Source: Minisyncoccota bacterium
GTDB lineage: Bacteria > Patescibacteriota > Minisyncoccia > Phycocordibacterales > UBA9973
Length of the DNA stretch: 64,000 nt
Direction: 5' to 3'
Assembly: GCA_021734995.1 (NCBI GenBank)
Contig: JAIPHX010000003.1
Span: forward strand, 11,969 to 75,968
The notes beneath the pieces are model-generated. The model had not been told where the DNA came from. It saw only the letters and a program-made list of their open reading frames with translations, and searched no databases. Numbering within the stretch: the first letter of the stretch is position 1; every line of letters begins with the position of its first letter. This document shows, piece after piece, positions 58,545 to 64,000 of this stretch. The translations under genes were made by a program, and so were the position numbers.

Positions 58545-59972
58545 TTATTTCTTTGGAAACTTAGTCTCCATTAGATTGGGCACAGACTTTGTGAGTCCTA
58601 GAAGTGGACCAGATGAGATGAGAGCTATAATATCATCTTTCTTTACTATTTTATTTAACACAGAAAGTACTTCTTTTTCATTTTTTCCAGCATATACTTC
58701 TTTTTTATATTTTTTTATCTCAGTAACTATTTCTTGAAAACTCATTTGTTGGTGCGTGGTAGCTCCGTGAGTAGGAGGTGGAAGCACTATTACTACTTCA
58801 CTTGTTTCAAAAATATCTTTGTACCAAGCAGATGCTTGCTTGTTGCGCCAAGAAAAAGTATGAGGTTCAAAAATGGTAATAAGTTTTTTGTTTGGAAAGT
58901 GTAATTTTAAAGCAGAAAATACTGACTGAGCTTTTGAATATGAAGAACCAAATCCTTCATATATTTGGACAGAAGTTTTATCACTTTTTAAGTCTAGTCT
59001 TCCAGAAATTCCTTTAAAGCTAGCAATACTTTTTTGGAGTTCAGTAGGAGATAATAATTTTTTTTCTAAAAGAAAAGCGCTGACACCAATAATATTTTCT
59101 ATATTATGCATGCCTAACATTTTTGTAGATAGATTGATTATCTTTTTATTATTTTTATATAAATCAAAAGTTGTTTTCTCTCCATATTTTATATTTTCTG
59201 GATGCCATGTGGAATCTTTTGAAATTCCATAATCCACCTTTTTACTTTTTGTTTTACTTGTAATAGAAGCGACATTTTTGCCGTTTTTAGAATATATCAA
59301 AAGACCTTTTGCAGGCAGTAAAGATATAAATTTTTGATATGGTTTTATATAATCTTTTTCAGTAGGGAATACATTTATATGGTCATGCTCTGCTGAGGTA
59401 AAGATTGCATTTGTTGGATTTAAATGAAGAAATTTAGCACGAGGATCCCAGCCGGCAGAAGGGTATTCATCTCCTTCAAAGATAAAATGCCTGCTTTTAC
59501 TTAGATGTGCATTTTTTTTCATTCCAAGAGGCATTGCTCCGATAAAATATGATGGATTTTTTTTACTTTTTTCTAGGCACCATGCAAGTAGAGCAGAAGT
59601 AGTAGATTTACCAAAGCTCCCCACAACAATGGTATTTTCTGTCTTATTGGCAAGTAAGGCAAGACCTTCTGGTAGAGATTGGATAGGGATTCCAGAAGAA
59701 AATGCCTTTGCTACTTCTTCATTGGTATTTTTGTTTAGTCCAGCGTGATTACCTATGATGATAGTATCGGCATCTTCTGGAATATTTTCTGCACTATATT
59801 TAGTGTTAAATTTTATATTATTTTTTTTCAATAAACCCAATATTGGTTCATAAAAACCTTCGTCTGTGCCTGTTACTCTGAACCCTTTTTCTTTTAGAAG
59901 AATAGCTAAAGCAGACATTCCTTTTCCACAAATGCCAATGAGATGAATTTTTTTTGTTTTGTTCTTAATCAT
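58545..59972 (-). CDS. Mur ligase family protein (MurC/Mpl-like)
   Basis: N-terminal HLIGICGKGMSALA resembles the MurC/Mpl motif (GIGGxGMSxxA). 475 aa. Confidence 0.6.
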   Translation of the reverse strand: MIKNKTKKIHLIGICGKGMSALAILLKEKGFRVTGTDEGFYEPILGLLKKNNIKFNTKYSAENIPEDADTIIIGNHAGLNKNTNEEVAKAFSSGIPIQSLPEGLALLANKTENTIVVGSFGKSTTSALLAWCLEKSKKNPSYFIGAMPLGMKKNAHLSKSRHFIFEGDEYPSAGWDPRAKFLHLNPTNAIFTSAEHDHINVFPTEKDYIKPYQKFISLLPAKGLLIYSKNGKNVASITSKTKSKKVDYGISKDSTWHPENIKYGEKTTFDLYKNNKKIINLSTKMLGMHNIENIIGVSAFLLEKKLLSPTELQKSIASFKGISGRLDLKSDKTSVQIYEGFGSSYSKAQSVFSALKLHFPNKKLITIFEPHTFSWRNKQASAWYKDIFETSEVVIVLPPPTHGATTHQQMSFQEIVTEIKKYKKEVYAGKNEKEVLSVLNKIVKKDDIIALISSGPLLGLTKSVPNLMETKFPKK

Positions 59973-61179
59973 TTTTTATTAAAATATCTTTTATTCCCAT
60001 GATTACCTCACCAAAAAGAATTTCTGAATTTGGACTAAAATCTTTTTCAAAAGAAATTAGATCTGCTGGGTATTCGTTCATTTCAGGAATAATCCCTGTG
60101 GTAAGATTGGCGGTCGGTATATTAAGAATATCGTATTTTTTAAAAATTTCCAATTGAGCCAGCTTTTCTTTGTATTCTGATAAATATTCTACTTGAATAA
60201 ATGAGCCAAAGCATTTAAAGCCATTTATGAAAGCAACTGTGATAAATACAAGTATAAGGGCAGGGCAGAGTTTGCCATCTGTGATTGCTTGGATTAAATC
60301 TTCTTTTTTTTCTGAATCTAAAGATAAAGAGAAGTTTTTTGAAACCAAAGAATCTTCTTTTAGATAGGCATTTTCCATTACTTCATATTTGCCTTTTGTT
60401 GTTTTAACATAAAACATAATCTCTTCTGGAAAAATACTTGTAAATTGGTCACGAGTGTTTTTGTCAAAAAGTATTTTATGTATTGGGTGGTCTTCTTTAT
60501 TTAAAATATTTTTTAAATATTCAGCAGTGATTTCATTTATATCCAAAAGAACAATATTTTCTTTTTTAAATATTTTTCTTTCAATATTCTCACAGCTATT
60601 CATTGCCCATTTTGTATAAGAAGCTCCAAGTTCTGCTTTTTCTAAAACATTTTTTAAATTTTCTGGTAAGGTCTTGATCATGTCTAAAAGTTTTTCAGGG
60701 ATAGTACTTCTGTATACAATAGCATCTTGTAAATTTGAATGAAAAAGATTCACAGAGTTTTCTTTTCGATTGATTCTGCCAGGTCTAGAAGAATTGGAGA
60801 AAGGGACACCTGAAAATACTGCTGATATATAATATTCATTTTCTGGTACAGCTAAAGAGCCAAGCCATTCTACGCATGACATTCTAGGGCTATAAGTGAC
60901 ACCCAAATGTGGAGCAGTTTGCAATACTCTTCTTTGGACTAGAGATTTTAAGGTAGCATCTTTTAGCACACTTTTTCCTGTTCGAACTAATTCTTTCTCA
61001 AAAGCTTCTTTTAATTCTTTTTCAATAGGTATGTCTGTATGCCAATCATTCAAATCCTTAGAATAGTCAATTGCTTTTTTGTCCCAATTTTTTTGTATAC
61101 ATTCAGCTAGATGGTGTTTGCCTTGTTTTTTTATGTTTTGAACTAAGTCCAATATTTCGCTTTCTAAATCTTTCTGCAT
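59965..61179 (-). CDS. Hypothetical protein (404 aa)
   Basis: Overlaps the upstream gene by 8 nt. No recognised motif. Confidence 0.4.
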   Translation of the reverse strand: MQKDLESEILDLVQNIKKQGKHHLAECIQKNWDKKAIDYSKDLNDWHTDIPIEKELKEAFEKELVRTGKSVLKDATLKSLVQRRVLQTAPHLGVTYSPRMSCVEWLGSLAVPENEYYISAVFSGVPFSNSSRPGRINRKENSVNLFHSNLQDAIVYRSTIPEKLLDMIKTLPENLKNVLEKAELGASYTKWAMNSCENIERKIFKKENIVLLDINEITAEYLKNILNKEDHPIHKILFDKNTRDQFTSIFPEEIMFYVKTTKGKYEVMENAYLKEDSLVSKNFSLSLDSEKKEDLIQAITDGKLCPALILVFITVAFINGFKCFGSFIQVEYLSEYKEKLAQLEIFKKYDILNIPTANLTTGIIPEMNEYPADLISFEKDFSPNSEILFGEVIMGIKDILIKND

Positions 61180-61257
61180 CTACATAATACTACTTTGATT
61201 GACGTTTATTTGCAAATTACCATAAAAGATATAATCTCTATACTTTTTGCTTAAATA

Positions 61258-62343
61258 TTGTATAATATTGCGGTAATGCGTTATAAACTATACACAAAAA
61301 CAGAAAAAGCTTGGGATGCAATGTTTCATACTATCAAACGCGCGCGACATTCTATTTTTTTAGAAATGTATATCTTTTCTGACGATACTAATTATGATTT
61401 TATAAATCTTTTGAAGCAAAAGTCCCAAGAAGGAGTAAGAGTAAAAATGATTTTAAATTCTTTCAAAAGTATTAGTTTTCTTACCCCAGCTACTTTAGAA
61501 AAATTACAAAGTGCTGGAGTGGAGATTCTTTTTTTTAAAGATTTATTAAGATATACACATAGAAAGATATTGATTGTAGATAAAAAGATTGCTTTTGTGG
61601 GTGGAATAAATATTTATAACTTTTTTAAAAAATGGGATGACTTGCAGATTAAGTTAGATGGAAGAATTGTTACTAGGATACTAAGCTCTTTTGCCAAGGT
61701 GTATCGTCTTTCCAGTGGGAAAGATGTAGATGTTTTAAAATATGAAAAAGAACATTATAAAGATAATAAAGGGAAGTTTGGATTTATAGAACACATACCA
61801 CCCAAAGATTCTTTTACTCTAAGTAAGTATTACAAAGACAAGATTGAATTTGCAAAAAAAAGTATTCTGATTACTACTCCGTATTTTATGCCAAGGGGTT
61901 GGATTCGTCGATCTCTGATAAGGGCTTCTAAGCGGGGAGTAAAAATAGATTTTATCATTCCTCAAGATGCCACAAGTCCAAAACTGGCAAATTTACCAAA
62001 TTATTTATATATGCGGAAATTGCATAAATATGGAATTAACTTTTTTTTAGTGGGAGATATGGTGCATAGCAAGATGATGCTTGTGGATGGGGTAGAGGGA
62101 ATTTTGGGATCGCAGAACATAGATATTCTTTCTTTTGATTTTAATATGGAGTCGGGTATATTTTTTTCAGATAAAAAAATAATGAAGGAGCTTACAGATA
62201 TTGCAGAAGTATGGAAAAGTAATTCTGTGATGTATGAGACTTCTATGGGTAATCATATTCTTTTTGATTATTTTTTGGATATTTGTTTTAGCTTGTTTGA
62301 GTATATTATTAGAGCCTTCAATCGTTTTACTAGGGCTTTTTAA
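61258..62343 (+). CDS. Phospholipase D-family protein (cardiolipin synthase-like, two HKD motifs)
   Basis: HKD1 is HRKILIVDKKIAFVGGIN. HKD2 is HSKMMLVDG. Confidence 0.7.
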   Translation: MYNIAVMRYKLYTKTEKAWDAMFHTIKRARHSIFLEMYIFSDDTNYDFINLLKQKSQEGVRVKMILNSFKSISFLTPATLEKLQSAGVEILFFKDLLRYTHRKILIVDKKIAFVGGINIYNFFKKWDDLQIKLDGRIVTRILSSFAKVYRLSSGKDVDVLKYEKEHYKDNKGKFGFIEHIPPKDSFTLSKYYKDKIEFAKKSILITTPYFMPRGWIRRSLIRASKRGVKIDFIIPQDATSPKLANLPNYLYMRKLHKYGINFFLVGDMVHSKMMLVDGVEGILGSQNIDILSFDFNMESGIFFSDKKIMKELTDIAEVWKSNSVMYETSMGNHILFDYFLDICFSLFEYIIRAFNRFTRAF

Positions 62344-62398
62344 TTTTCTATTTTAGAGAGAACTTTGGTTCTTGCTGGCACCAAACAAAAAGCCTTTG

Positions 62399-63448
62399 TT
62401 ATTGCTTGGTATTGATTAGTCGCAAGATATAAGCTAGACGATGAGATAAAGCACTGATACCTGCCCCCAAAATTAGCATAAAAATGATTTCCATTATTCC
62501 ATATTTAAAAATTGGATAAGTAAAGACGATTGCCCCAATGACAAAATCTATTTGATCCCAAGGAACAAAAGATTCTCCTGAGGGGATATTATTTTTCCGT
62601 TTAAAAAATGATTTTATTAGATCTCCAAAGATAGCTCCAAAACCAAGCAAGAATCCAGTCATTAAAATGTATTCTGTAGAGATGGCAAGAGTAGTATTGG
62701 TGCTATCTTGTATCGATAAAATTATAGTATCTAGCCATCCGATTTTGTATAAAATAAAAGTGGCGAGTGTGCCTGCTAGTATTGCTCCAATAAATCCACG
62801 CCAAGTTTTATTTTTACCAAACAATTTTTCATTGATGGGGGATTGAAGCCATGAAAATTTTAGAAGTACAGGAGTCATATTGGCGATCATTGCAGGAAGT
62901 AATATTAGTAAGATATTTATAAAAAAATTAAAATCAAGTGCAATCTTTTTAGAAAAGATTAGAATCACGACCATTAAAGCATAAGTATATAGGCCGGCCA
63001 CTACATCATCTAGAATGACATTCATAGATGTTTGATTTTGGTATTTATTGATAGTACTTATAGGTGGTACTTTTTTTGAAATATCAAAGATGCGAAATAA
63101 AACAAGAGCGACAAATAGGTACAAAAGAACTTCATTAAAAAGCAGGTTGGCTTCAAACAAAAAAAGACCAGCAATCCACATTCCAATCCATTCATCTATT
63201 ACAATCCATCCCCAGTCTTTTTGACCTGCATTTTTTTGAGTATGTCTAATAGAGAATACCCCGATTAAAATAGATAAAATTAAAATTAAGATGTATGTTT
63301 CTTTATTTAAAAAAATAAAAGAAAGCAAAACAAAAAAGGCAGTCACAATACTAGCTAATGTCCCAGGGAAGGAGCTAATCTTTCCAACCCCAAATAGGTG
63401 AGCAAACATATTTATGATGGAGAAACTTTTTTTAATCTTGTCCGACAT
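62399..63448 (-). CDS. Fusion-like membrane protein: PgpA-like phosphatidylglycerophosphatase N-domain + CdsA/CTP-transferase-like C-domain
   Basis: N-terminus FGVGKISSFPGTLASI (PgpA APGTxGSL-like). C-terminus NKTWRGFIGAILAG (CdsA KTxEGxxGG-like) and GDLIKSFFKR. Confidence 0.5.
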   Translation of the reverse strand: MSDKIKKSFSIINMFAHLFGVGKISSFPGTLASIVTAFFVLLSFIFLNKETYILILILSILIGVFSIRHTQKNAGQKDWGWIVIDEWIGMWIAGLFLFEANLLFNEVLLYLFVALVLFRIFDISKKVPPISTINKYQNQTSMNVILDDVVAGLYTYALMVVILIFSKKIALDFNFFINILLILLPAMIANMTPVLLKFSWLQSPINEKLFGKNKTWRGFIGAILAGTLATFILYKIGWLDTIILSIQDSTNTTLAISTEYILMTGFLLGFGAIFGDLIKSFFKRKNNIPSGESFVPWDQIDFVIGAIVFTYPIFKYGIMEIIFMLILGAGISALSHRLAYILRLINTKQ

Positions 63449-63953
63449 TTTTATATTTGAAAAAATGGTGATATGCCGACATAAAAGTAAATATAACAGT
63501 CAGCGTTAGATAGCTATACAAAAACATAGCAGGAATAAATGAAGTGGTAGAGTAAATAAGCAGGAACGGAATCAAGGTGATTTGGAGCACCATTTTGATT
63601 TTCCCTATTTTCTTTGCTTGAGTTTCAGGACCAACAGCAACCAAGGAATGATAGGCAAGTAAAGATTCTCCAAGGATGATAAGTATTGTAAATAGGTTGG
63701 AGCCGAAAGGAATAAGCAAAAAGATGATAAATATTTTGTCTGCAATTCTGTCCAATCTGCCACCAAAGAAAACATTGTGTTCACCTGTCTTTTGTAAATA
63801 TCTAGCTAAAACTCCATCCATGTAGTCTGTCAGAACAGCTATGAAATATAAAATTAAAAAAAGAATTAACAAAAAAGTGCTTTCATTTTTTAAAATACTC
63901 ATTGCTCCTAAGGCAAGCCATGGAGCAGAAAAAATCCTTGAATAAGAAAGCAT
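63432..63953 (-). CDS. pgsA: CDP-diacylglycerol--glycerol-3-phosphate 3-phosphatidyltransferase (CDP-alcohol phosphatidyltransferase)
   Basis: DYMDGVLAR...GGRLDRIADK is the CDP-OH P-transferase signature (Dx2DGx2AR...Gx3Dx3D). Confidence 0.7.
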   Translation of the reverse strand: MLSYSRIFSAPWLALGAMSILKNESTFLLILFLILYFIAVLTDYMDGVLARYLQKTGEHNVFFGGRLDRIADKIFIIFLLIPFGSNLFTILIILGESLLAYHSLVAVGPETQAKKIGKIKMVLQITLIPFLLIYSTTSFIPAMFLYSYLTLTVIFTFMSAYHHFFKYKNVGQD

Positions 63954-64000
63954 GTTTGGACTAATACCATATTCATTGTGAAGGTAAAGGGCTATTTTTT

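Overview
This is an AT-rich, densely coded bacterial window with the hallmarks of a reduced genome, possibly Patescibacteria/CPR-like. Proteins are divergent, several enzymes are domain-minimal, and no Shine-Dalgarno motifs are visible upstream of genes. The unlinked 16S rRNA carries AT-rich helix insertions and appears to lack the CCUCC anti-SD. The left end (1-6200) is a glycolysis and housekeeping block: eno, a minimal pyk, gpmA, a 2-hydroxyacid dehydrogenase, pyrD and corA. A tRNA-Gln(CUG) at 6261-6331 is followed directly by a roughly 16-18 kb accessory, defence-like island. It encodes an SF1 helicase with a large unknown N-domain, a large serine recombinase, an OLD-family ATPase-Toprim nuclease and a putative REase. 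The REase is convergent with a complete LexA-like (HTH + S24 autopeptidase)::C5-cytosine methyltransferase fusion. The island continues with a reversed-architecture Mrr-like nuclease, a terS-like HTH protein, ANT(2'')-like and GNAT-like genes, and a MazG-like gene translationally coupled to a GIY-YIG + DUF2075-type ATPase + UmuD-like S24 peptidase tri-domain protein. It ends with Nudix, IMPase and CYTH nucleotide hydrolases. The two independent fusions of an intact SOS-type autocleaving S24 module to DNA-acting effectors are the best candidates for an undescribed DNA-damage-triggered system. The rest of the window encodes envelope redox proteins (Trx/CcdA-TlpA, DsbB pair), guaA, an AlkD-like repair protein, a VirD4-like ATPase, a compact ClpB-like ATPase, a 714-aa acidic tandem-repeat protein and RNase J. 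It also holds secG, the 16S with promoter, leader/trailer processing helix and terminator, two ATP-grasp enzymes, secA, radC, Mur ligases and a phospholipid synthesis cluster (cls, pgpA-cdsA-like, pgsA). Several structured intergenic elements are flagged as candidate ncRNAs or recombination sites. No CRISPR array was seen.
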